64,000 bases of DNA. Origin: Clostridia bacterium (lineage in GTDB: Bacteria > Bacillota > Clostridia > UMGS1883). The DNA is taken from positions 13,295 to 77,294 of the forward strand of contig JAZRTB010000090.1 in NCBI GenBank assembly GCA_045651805.1. Direction: 5' to 3'. This document shows, piece by piece, positions 56,076 to 64,000 of this stretch; positions within the stretch are counted from its first letter, which is position 1; each line of letters begins with the position of its first letter. A model generated the notes under the pieces. That model had not been told where the DNA came from. It saw nothing but the letters and a program-made list of their open reading frames with translations, and searched no databases. Both the position numbers and the translations under genes were made by a program.

Positions 56076-58997
56076 TTATCTCCTTTCTTCTGCTGTGGGA
56101 GGAGTTTTCTTCTTATCCACAACAGGAACCCTGTATTCTTCGGGAACATATACATCAACTGATTTGATGTATGCCTCTGTACTAACACCGCTTAACTTGA
56201 AGTCAACACCCAGTGCGTACATATTACCGAGGTTAATATCATCGAAATGAAGCGTTTTTGTCACGAACTGACCTGAATTCTTTCTTTCGATGAAAACCTC
56301 ACGTTCAGTAAGCTTGCCGTAGCCGCCTACATTATTATCCCATGTGTTATACTGCATTTTTATGGGAGTTGTTCCCTCGTCAAGGTAGGTAATTGTAATA
56401 TCTGCCGCAACATTGTCGCCTTCAACCACTTCACGCTTAACATTTACATTCATCTGGCAGTTACGGGGAATTCTGAATCCCTGAATTTCACCGTTTTCGT
56501 CCTTATCAGCGATGATATAATGGTCGTAACCATTGTAACCAAATGTATCACAAGTTTCTGAAATATCGTACTGACCACCGTCAAGGGGTGTGCCGAACAC
56601 TATATCAGAAACGTCCATCCATGCAATTTCAACATGTGACAGGTCGTCTGACTGATGACCGATAATAATCTTTGTATCATCCATTGAGAACTGGGGATGA
56701 ATATGACCGGGGTTATCTGTAAGAGGGAATCTTCCGAGGAAGTAATCCTTACCTGTATATGTATCTATGAGATAAACGTCTGACCATCCACGGCCGTACT
56801 GGGAGTCACCCACAAGCCAACGGTCAGTAGTATTAGAAAGCATCGCATGGTTGATACCGCTGGTGCCGCCGCCGTTCTTTCTTGTGTACTCATACTGTAC
56901 AGGAATATACTTTTTATCAGTTCCGTCGGGACGAACCATTACGGCACCTGCTTCACCGATACCACGCTTAACACCGTCCATTGCACCAACGTTTTTAACT
57001 GCCATTATCCACTCACCATTGTTACTCCAGGCTTCGTGAACAAGTGATTCACCGCTCCAATACATATCACCGAGAAGGTCGTTATCCCAGCGGTATGCCT
57101 TCTGGGGAATTGCATTGTAATACTCGTCTGTATCCATATCAACTGCCCACACACGGTCATACTGCGGTGTTCCGTTTGGATGATCCCACTCGTGGGCGAA
57201 GAATGCAAGATTGTCGTAAACGGGGTTTATACAAACGTGGTTAGGATAGTACCAGTTCGAAATGAAGCCCCACCAATGGTCAATATCCCACACCTTTTCG
57301 TCAACCTTATAAATCGGAATACGGCTGTAATAGTTGGGGTCAAAGTCACCCTTTGTATCACGCCACTCGTAACTGATACGGGTTTCAGCATTGTTAACCT
57401 GCATCATACCTGGCTGACGGGTCTGCCATTCGGGAATACGACCCATAATTTCATAAGTAAACTCGTCTGTTTTGATATCAACGCCATCAAGGGGAACCTT
57501 GACAATGTTCCAGTCCTTATCTGTGTACCAAAGGTTATTTTTCGGAGTAATCATAAAGAGGTAATCCTTAAGAACTTTACCCACGAATTTTGCCTTTTGT
57601 GTTTCAAGTTCAAGCAGATAAAGGTTCATGCTTGAATCACGGAATGCAATGTATCGGTTATCGATACTCATACAGTTCTGTGTGTAATACTCCTTAAGAG
57701 CACTATTACCGAAAAAGTCGATTTCGTGATATTCACGGCGTGAATCTTCATTTATAAGAGTACGTACTTCAAGAGTGAATACGTTTTCAAGGAGCCAGTT
57801 ATTAAGCGCCTTGTCGTTTGCATTAAGAAGTGTTGACTCTGTGTAAACACCTGCGTCGAAAAGCTTACCAAATGCACTCTCCCCTGTGTTGAGGTTTGAC
57901 ATTGAGAATATGTTCATTGCAAGTACAACGAAGTTATCCACATTGCCGTCCTTTTCAGGCTGGAAGATCATAGCACCTGAATTTATAAGTCCATACTGAA
58001 GGCCAAGCTCGATAGCTTTTTCTTCAAGATTCGGGTCGCTCACTCCAAGAAGACGGAGATATGCGGCAACCATTTCCTTCTGCTTTATATTCTCCCCTGC
58101 ACCAAGAGTATTTCCGTCACGCTTTATAAGACCAAGCTTTTCAGCGTATGCTATGTAGGGTGCTGCCTCCGCACTCACATCGGTGAACTTTGTCTTGCGG
58201 TTTTCCTTAAGAGCAGTTTCACCAAGTGCGTAAGACTTAATCATCTGTACATAGAATTCTTCACGAGTGAGTTTTTTGTCAAGCTTCGGGTCAAAGGTTT
58301 CCCCTTCGCCGTAGCCGTCAAACATACCCAGGTAGTTAAGTGATTCAGCCTTCTTCTGGTTGAATACCCCGAAATCTTCGTCCGCACCTGCAGTCTTTGA
58401 AAGGTTACGAACCTCTATACGTGAGAATGTGTTGTACGCGTTTGATACAAGACGGAAGTCTGTACCGTAGTCAAGTGACTTGTCAAAGCAAGCATCGTCA
58501 ACATAAAGTGTTACTCTGTGCCAACCGCCTGCTGTTTTCTGACTGTTTTCGTCAAGACCAAGCTTGAGGATGGATGCCCTTGCAACCTCACCCTTAACTT
58601 TGGTTGTATATTCTACGTGGAAGTAACCGCCTCCGCCGTAGTCCCAGTAGTCGATTATAAACGCGAACACGCTGTCACTTTTATCGGCAAAGCCGTCTTC
58701 AAATGTAAAGTAGAACTTGTTTTCAACATACACCTGTCTGCCGGGGATGCCGTTAAATTCAACCTGTTCACTGTAAAGCTCATCATATCTGCCGGCAGTC
58801 TGTCCGTCAATGAAGCTGAGCTTATTTGTCTGCGGAATTGGCGAGAATATAACAGATGCGTTATTTGGATCTGTGGGATCAACTTTTACATACATTTCCT
58901 GTGTTGTTGTGTAATATTCTGCCGCATTTGCACATACTGCAAACACCGCCACACAAAGAAGCATACACATTATTATACCAAACAGTTTTTTGCGCAT
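56076..58997 (-). CDS. Large secreted protein with SLH-like modules and a C-terminal repeat-rich (possibly propeller-like) region, 973 aa
   Basis: Signal peptide MRKKLFGIIMCMLLCVAVFAVCANA. SLH-like LNYLGMFDGYGEGETFDPKLDKKLTREEF and FTDVSAEAAPYIAYAEKLGLI. The remainder is unassigned. Confidence 0.6.
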   Translation of the reverse strand: MRKKLFGIIMCMLLCVAVFAVCANAAEYYTTTQEMYVKVDPTDPNNASVIFSPIPQTNKLSFIDGQTAGRYDELYSEQVEFNGIPGRQVYVENKFYFTFEDGFADKSDSVFAFIIDYWDYGGGGYFHVEYTTKVKGEVARASILKLGLDENSQKTAGGWHRVTLYVDDACFDKSLDYGTDFRLVSNAYNTFSRIEVRNLSKTAGADEDFGVFNQKKAESLNYLGMFDGYGEGETFDPKLDKKLTREEFYVQMIKSYALGETALKENRKTKFTDVSAEAAPYIAYAEKLGLIKRDGNTLGAGENIKQKEMVAAYLRLLGVSDPNLEEKAIELGLQYGLINSGAMIFQPEKDGNVDNFVVLAMNIFSMSNLNTGESAFGKLFDAGVYTESTLLNANDKALNNWLLENVFTLEVRTLINEDSRREYHEIDFFGNSALKEYYTQNCMSIDNRYIAFRDSSMNLYLLELETQKAKFVGKVLKDYLFMITPKNNLWYTDKDWNIVKVPLDGVDIKTDEFTYEIMGRIPEWQTRQPGMMQVNNAETRISYEWRDTKGDFDPNYYSRIPIYKVDEKVWDIDHWWGFISNWYYPNHVCINPVYDNLAFFAHEWDHPNGTPQYDRVWAVDMDTDEYYNAIPQKAYRWDNDLLGDMYWSGESLVHEAWSNNGEWIMAVKNVGAMDGVKRGIGEAGAVMVRPDGTDKKYIPVQYEYTRKNGGGTSGINHAMLSNTTDRWLVGDSQYGRGWSDVYLIDTYTGKDYFLGRFPLTDNPGHIHPQFSMDDTKIIIGHQSDDLSHVEIAWMDVSDIVFGTPLDGGQYDISETCDTFGYNGYDHYIIADKDENGEIQGFRIPRNCQMNVNVKREVVEGDNVAADITITYLDEGTTPIKMQYNTWDNNVGGYGKLTEREVFIERKNSGQFVTKTLHFDDINLGNMYALGVDFKLSGVSTEAYIKSVDVYVPEEYRVPVVDKKKTPPTAEERR

Positions 58998-59029
58998 AAT
59001 TTAACCTCCTTTTCAGATTTTACTTTTAA

Positions 59030-60619
59030 TTACTGAGGGATATATGCACGAACGGAATGAACGTAAAATTCACTGCCGCTTGCTGTACCGATTGTAAAGT
59101 CAGCACTTGAAATCTGGCTTGCAGCCATAGAGTTTGCAAAGGAAGCATCGTCAAGCTCAAATCTTGCTCTCTGCCACTTGCCGGATTCGGTAACGGGAAC
59201 AACTATCGGTTCGTTTCCGTCATAGCTGTGTGTAAATACGATTTCTTCATCGGGGTTTTCTGTGTAGTATTCAACTTCAACATTAACAGTTGATGAATTT
59301 GCAACTGCAGTTGTTGTTACGTCACATTCAAGGTTATTTCCTGAAGTTACCTTAACTGCACCCTTATTATCAAGCTGAACCTTTTCAATACCGTCAGCCT
59401 TGTCGTTAAACTGAACACCATTGTTTATGTAAGCACCCTCTACTTTACCTGTTGCTTCCTTCATAAGCGCATTGTACTGGCTTGTGGGAAGAACTGAAAG
59501 ACTGTAAATCTTAAGTCCTTTACCGCCTGATGCGAAAATTCTGAGTTTACAGTAGCTGTTACCGCTTGAAGGTGAAGGCTCACCAAAGTTACAGTTAGTT
59601 ACACGGTAAGAAATTGTTTTCCACTGCTTTGTATTTCCGAGTGTGCCGGCTGACGCACCTGTATAAAGACCGTCTGCTGCACTTCCCACACGGCAGTAGT
59701 CCATGATAATAGACTTATTGCTGTAACCCATATCATCATCATAATATGTCATAATGAATGTAAGGTCGGGCTGATTTGCAAGCTCTGCCGCATACTCGGG
59801 AGTAAACTTAAAGGGCATTCTTGTTACGATGTCACGTCCGCCGTAACCGTCTTTGCTGGGGTTAACTGTCTGTCTGCAAGGAAGACCATCTGCCTCACCG
59901 GCAGCTGTAAAGCCGTAATAAGATGTACTCTTTTCATTACAGAAAAGCAGTCCGCCACTTTCGATAATGTTATCGCCATCAAAAATTACTGTGGGGATAT
60001 TCTTTGTCATAAGGTCAATAGCGATTGCCTGTGCTGATTCAACACCTTCATCGTCAACAGCCTTAACGGAGTAGTTTGACTCCACGCCTCTCTCCTGGTT
60101 TGTTACTGTGAAGCTGTTGTCACTTGTGTTACCGAGAAGTATACCCATATTGTAAACATTGTAAGATTCTACACCGTTGTAGTCGTCGTCAGCGTCGTTC
60201 CATGTAAGGTCAACAGTTGTAAGAGTCTGCGCGGGTGATGAAAGCTCTGTTGAGGGAACGGGGGCGCTGTTTTCAAGAGGTGTACGGATTTCATCCCCGT
60301 CCCATACATAGTATGAGAGAGTTGAAGTAGCACTCATATCCTCAATATCAACTACAATCATTTCTGATTCGCCGACACCGATAGAAACGGCACCGCTTGC
60401 ATTTATAGCTGTAATCTTATCGTTTTCGTCAGTATATACTGCGATAACGTTTACCGATGCCTCATCTGATGTGTTGTTTGTTGCAAGCACCGTAACATGG
60501 TCTGTTGCATATGCCTCAAGTCTTTCAAGCAAGACCTTTTCTGCGGCAAAAGCAGACAGCGACATCATTGACACAGTCATAGCAATTACCAACAATACTG
60601 CTCCTAATTTTTTGAACAT
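59030..60619 (-). CDS. Secreted protein with a fibronectin-type-III-like domain, 529 aa
   Basis: Signal peptide MFKKLGAVLLVIAMTVSMMSLSAFA. The FN3-like stretch is PSTELSSPAQTLTTVDLTWNDADDDYNGVESYNVY...SVKAVDDEGVES. Confidence 0.7.
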   Translation of the reverse strand: MFKKLGAVLLVIAMTVSMMSLSAFAAEKVLLERLEAYATDHVTVLATNNTSDEASVNVIAVYTDENDKITAINASGAVSIGVGESEMIVVDIEDMSATSTLSYYVWDGDEIRTPLENSAPVPSTELSSPAQTLTTVDLTWNDADDDYNGVESYNVYNMGILLGNTSDNSFTVTNQERGVESNYSVKAVDDEGVESAQAIAIDLMTKNIPTVIFDGDNIIESGGLLFCNEKSTSYYGFTAAGEADGLPCRQTVNPSKDGYGGRDIVTRMPFKFTPEYAAELANQPDLTFIMTYYDDDMGYSNKSIIMDYCRVGSAADGLYTGASAGTLGNTKQWKTISYRVTNCNFGEPSPSSGNSYCKLRIFASGGKGLKIYSLSVLPTSQYNALMKEATGKVEGAYINNGVQFNDKADGIEKVQLDNKGAVKVTSGNNLECDVTTTAVANSSTVNVEVEYYTENPDEEIVFTHSYDGNEPIVVPVTESGKWQRARFELDDASFANSMAASQISSADFTIGTASGSEFYVHSVRAYIPQ

Positions 60620-60806
60620 AAAAATTCCTCCTTATATATGTAAATAAATAAAATTAATATCTAGTTTAATAATACAACAATTCCGTCTATCAATCAATGT
60701 ACTATATTGGCTTTTTCCCGAAATTATTATACTATATTGACATTTTATACTTCTCCACCCTTTAAGCTATAGTAATAATAACATATTTACCTCCATATAA
60801 CAATAC

Positions 60807-60839
60807 GTTTTTGGACATATTTTATATGTTTTTGGACAT
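60807..60839. promoter_or_regulatory. Direct repeat GTTTTTGGACAT x2 with 21-bp period upstream of the SLH operon
   Basis: Copies at 60807-60818 and 60828-60839. A second pair, TACTATATTG, lies at 60700-60709 and 60730-60739. Confidence 0.35.
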
Positions 60840-61044
60840 TTTTCACGCAATTTTGGTTGTTGTACACTAATTATAACATATTTTTAAGAGAAAACAAATG
60901 CAAAAACGCATTTCTGATATGTAATTTTTGTCTTTTGCGGTAAATTTTATACAAAAAAGAAGCGTGCCGCTTCACTCATTTCGCTCCCCGACCGAGTCAG
61001 ATAATTCAAAATCCAATTACAAGAAAATCATACATTTTTCTGCA

Positions 61045-61084
61045 CAAAAAAAGTTTTACCACACAGAAATCTGTGTGGTAAAAC
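61045..61084 (-). terminator. Rho-independent terminator of the ABC-transporter genes (stem GTTTTACCACACAG/CTGTGTGGTAAAAC)
   Basis: 14-bp stem and 4-nt loop, immediately followed by TTTTTTTG on the minus strand. It sits 15 nt after the SBP stop. Confidence 0.8.
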
Positions 61085-61098
61085 ATAAAAGCAATTAT

Positions 61099-62760
61099 TT
61101 ATCTAGCATTGAATCTGTCAAATGCAGCCTGCTTCATAGCGATCATCTTGTCAAGACCCATATCCTTAAGAGTCTTTACAAAGTCGTCAAATTCTGAAAT
61201 CGGTCTCTTGCCCTTAACAAACTTGATATATTCTTCACCAACATATGTGCTGATGTTTGTGTAAAGAGTTGAGTATTCTTTAGCCTCATCCTCTGATACA
61301 CCTGTGTTGGGAACATAGTGGTCGAATGCATCAGTATCACACCATGTCTTCCAAGCTTCTGCCTGAATAGGACGGTTTGCATACTGTTCAAGATATCTAA
61401 CGTCCTGACGGTATCCTGTGTTACCACCGCCGCCACCTGCCTGTGAGTACTTAACGAATGCTTCCTGCATTGTAAGATTGGGGTTGTTTGTAACTTCTTC
61501 TGTGTACTGAGGATATTCCTTCACACCGTCGCCATCTTTGTCAACCATTTCGTATGAAACGCCTTCGATACCGAAGTTGTAAAGCATATGACCCTTTTCT
61601 GTGTAAGCGTAGTTAAGCCACTTAGCTGCAAGTTCAGCACTCTTACACTTTGTAGAGATTGATGTGTTGGGTGAGAATCTTGCAGAAGCCTGACCGAACT
61701 GAGACTTGCTTCCGTCAAGTGTGGGGTAAGGAGCACCGATGAATACTGCATCCTTGTTAGGATCGCTTGCTTCCTTAGCCTCAACGTTTGACATAAGAGT
61801 ACCGATACCACCGCCAAGAGCATTCCATGTAGCACCTGACTTACCTGTAAGAAGGTTCTGTGTTACAGTTGTTGTTGTATCGAATTCTCTGTCGAAGAGA
61901 CCTTCCTTATACCACTTGTGCATTGTTTCAAGATACTTCTTGTAACCCTGCTCTGCAGGAGCGTACTTAACTGTACCATTGTCATGGAAGAAGTCCTTGT
62001 TTACGCCGTAAGCACCTGAAATGAAACCGTTGTGGAATCCCTGGTCAGACATTGAAAGAGGAGCAGTTGCGCCCTTCTTTTCTTTGAATGCCTTAAGCAT
62101 TGTGTACCAGTCGTCAACTGTCTTGGGAACGTCAAGTCCGAGGTCATCAAGCCAGTCTTTTCTTACGATAGGACCTGCTGTTGTGTTAAGGCTACGTTCG
62201 GGAGCAACGATACCGAATGCAAAGTAGTAACCGTTATCTGTCTTTGCTTCCTTACCAACTGTGTCGTGGAACTCATCCAAAAGTGCCTTGAAATCGGGAG
62301 CCCATGCATCAAGAATGCTGTTACCCTCTACGTTAAGAGCGTGGATAACGCCATCATCGATAGCTGCCTGTGCACCACCTGTGTAGCTGTTGAAGTTGTA
62401 ACCAAGAATATCTGTAAGGTTACCACTTGAGAGCATAAGGTTGAACTTTTCAGTTGCGTTTGTGAGAGAAGGATGTATGTATTCAATCTTTATACCTGTC
62501 TGCTTCTCAAGTTCCTTCGCAAAGGGAAGGTCACCGTAGTTCTTGGGAGCTGACTTCTGAACAGCAGCTGTTGTCTGTCTCCAGTATGTGAGCACTACAT
62601 CTTCTGCACCCTTGATGGGGTAAGTTGAGCCGTAATCTGACTTTTTAGTGTTGTAGCCGACTTTGTCATTTTTCTTACAGCCTGTAAACACGCTGAGAGC
62701 AAGAATCAAAGCCAATGCAAGCACTAAAATGCTTTTCAAAGTTTTGAAGTTTTTCTTCAT
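61099..62760 (-). CDS. ABC transporter extracellular solute-binding lipoprotein (large, ~550-aa sugar/oligosaccharide type)
   Basis: Lipobox LSVFTGC. The size and context match the two permeases upstream. Confidence 0.85.
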   Translation of the reverse strand: MKKNFKTLKSILVLALALILALSVFTGCKKNDKVGYNTKKSDYGSTYPIKGAEDVVLTYWRQTTAAVQKSAPKNYGDLPFAKELEKQTGIKIEYIHPSLTNATEKFNLMLSSGNLTDILGYNFNSYTGGAQAAIDDGVIHALNVEGNSILDAWAPDFKALLDEFHDTVGKEAKTDNGYYFAFGIVAPERSLNTTAGPIVRKDWLDDLGLDVPKTVDDWYTMLKAFKEKKGATAPLSMSDQGFHNGFISGAYGVNKDFFHDNGTVKYAPAEQGYKKYLETMHKWYKEGLFDREFDTTTTVTQNLLTGKSGATWNALGGGIGTLMSNVEAKEASDPNKDAVFIGAPYPTLDGSKSQFGQASARFSPNTSISTKCKSAELAAKWLNYAYTEKGHMLYNFGIEGVSYEMVDKDGDGVKEYPQYTEEVTNNPNLTMQEAFVKYSQAGGGGGNTGYRQDVRYLEQYANRPIQAEAWKTWCDTDAFDHYVPNTGVSEDEAKEYSTLYTNISTYVGEEYIKFVKGKRPISEFDDFVKTLKDMGLDKMIAMKQAAFDRFNAR

Positions 62761-62789
62761 TTTTCCTTTCTTCCTTTCTTGTTTTTTTG

Positions 62790-63674
62790 TTATCCTTTAA
62801 CTGCGCCGATCATTACGCCCTTTGCAAAGTATTTCTGCAAGAAGGGATATACGCAAAGAATCGGAACAGCGGAAACCACGATAATTGCATACTTCAGCGT
62901 TTCGCTGGCAGCAGCAGTTTCTTCACCAAGACCGATATCACCGGTCAGAGCAGTTGTATCATTCTTAATAATTGTCTCTCTGAGGAAAAGTGTAAGGGGG
63001 TACTTAGACTTATCTTCAATATAGATTGATGCACCGAACCAAGAGTTCCAGTGACCAACGAGATAATAAAGGAAAATAACCGCCAATGTTGCTTTTGCAA
63101 GAGGTATCATAAGCTGGAAAAGAATTCTGAAGTGACCTGCACCGTCAATTCTTGCAGCTTCATACAAGCTCTCAGGGATTGCATTGAATGCAGTTCTGAG
63201 CACGATCATGTTATATGTACCAATAGCACCGGGAAGAATAAGAGCCCAGTATGTATTGTAAAGTCCGAGAGACTGAACAACCAGGTATGAGGGGATGAGA
63301 CCACCACCAAAGTACATTGTTACAAGAATAAGCTTCATAATAACTTTTCTGCCGACAGCTTCCTTTCTTGTAAGGAAGTACGCAGCAAACATCGTCATAA
63401 TCATGTTAACTACGATAGAAACCACACAAATATAAATTGTATTACCGTAACAAGTGAAAAGCTGACCATCTTCAAAAATAAGATTGTACGCCGCAACAGT
63501 AGGTCTGAGCGGAGCAAGAAGAATACCGGTATGAGCAAGAAGGTCATTACCGTTACTGAAGGAAGCCATAACTACGTGAACGATAGGGTAAAGTGTTACT
63601 ATAACAAGGAGTGAAAGAAAGATTGTATTACAAACCTGGAAAATCTTTACTCCCATAGAATCTTTAATTTTCAT
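62790..63674 (-). CDS. Carbohydrate ABC transporter permease
   Basis: EAARIDGAGHFRILFQLMIPLAKATL (EAA loop); 6 TM helices. Confidence 0.9.
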   Translation of the reverse strand: MKIKDSMGVKIFQVCNTIFLSLLVIVTLYPIVHVVMASFSNGNDLLAHTGILLAPLRPTVAAYNLIFEDGQLFTCYGNTIYICVVSIVVNMIMTMFAAYFLTRKEAVGRKVIMKLILVTMYFGGGLIPSYLVVQSLGLYNTYWALILPGAIGTYNMIVLRTAFNAIPESLYEAARIDGAGHFRILFQLMIPLAKATLAVIFLYYLVGHWNSWFGASIYIEDKSKYPLTLFLRETIIKNDTTALTGDIGLGEETAAASETLKYAIIVVSAVPILCVYPFLQKYFAKGVMIGAVKG

Positions 63675-63692
63675 CTCTGTCTTCCTCCTTTC

Positions 63693-64000
63693 TTAGAACA
63701 TTGATGTGCCGCTTACCTTATCACAAATCTTATTGGTAATAATAAGAAGTGCGATGTTGATTACTGAGTTGAACATACCAACCGCTGTACTGAGACCGAA
63801 GTTAGCATCAATAAGACCTACTCTGTAAGTATATGTTGAAATAACGTCGGCAACTTCATAGATACCGGGGTTGTAAAGAAGAAGGATCTTCTCGTAACCT
63901 ACGGAAAGCATTGCACCCATCTTCATAATGAAGAGGATAACAATTGTAGGAATGATACCCGGGATTGTGATATGGATAAGCTGCTTGAACTTACCTGCAC
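63693..64000 (-). CDS. Sugar ABC transporter permease (partial; N-terminal part off the window)
   Basis: The frame stays open upstream of the track's Met to base 64000 (...GKFKQLIHITIPGIIPTIVILFIMKMGAMLS...). Confidence 0.8.
   Translation of the reverse strand, partial: AGKFKQLIHITIPGIIPTIVILFIMKMGAMLSVGYEKILLLYNPGIYEVADVISTYTYRVGLIDANFGLSTAVGMFNSVINIALLIITNKICDKVSGTSMF

Noticed and set aside
60767-60784. Mini-ORF MLLLL* with a GGAGG RBS in the SLH-operon control region (possible leader peptide)
   Set aside because: The region is very AT-rich, and a second trivial mini-ORF (MSI*) with an RBS-like sequence lies nearby. This is indistinguishable from chance without conservation data.

Overview
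This 64-kb chromosomal window comes from a low-GC Gram-positive, Clostridia-like genome. All calls were made by eye from the sequence and the ORF track, with no database searches. Bases 9.3-40 kb form an ordinary housekeeping and metabolic block. It holds an M23 peptidase, groES-groEL, zapA, a U32 peptidase, efp, asnS, tadA, tRNA-Ser(CGA), def, mgsA, pnuC, trxA, queH and feoAB, plus assorted small enzymes, regulators and transporters. The two ends are accessory surface-protein loci. Bases 1-9.3 kb carry two beta-helix-type giant secreted proteins. Bases 40-61 kb carry three paralogous ~820-1140-aa secreted proteins and a four-gene SLH/secreted-protein operon, followed by a sugar ABC transporter. 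The main finding is that each surface locus carries a 279-aa tyrosine recombinase (the two are about 70% identical). Each recombinase sits next to a pair of inverted sites with identical 12-bp arms (TTACCACATAAT-N4-ATTATGTGGTAA) and a locus-specific asymmetric 4-nt centre. Each site pair brackets a near-consensus TTGACA-17-TAnAnT promoter. At 43.8-44.8 kb the invertible cassette contains the recombinase gene itself. It lies between two divergent paralogous surface-protein genes with homologous leaders and nearly identical 5' ends, so it looks like a mutually exclusive two-gene expression toggle. At 8.1-8.4 kb a 233-bp segment points its promoter at a TetR-family regulator and small membrane protein operon beside another giant surface protein. 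Degenerate copies of the same site lie in the leaders of two further surface-protein genes. Secondary observations are listed under findings: a triple GGTTAGC-N4-GCTAACC palindrome in the feo operon, a tRNA-Ser-like fragment carrying a 113-nt insert, and two small CDSs missed by the ORF track. Inversion itself cannot be demonstrated from a single sequence; the proposal rests on architecture.
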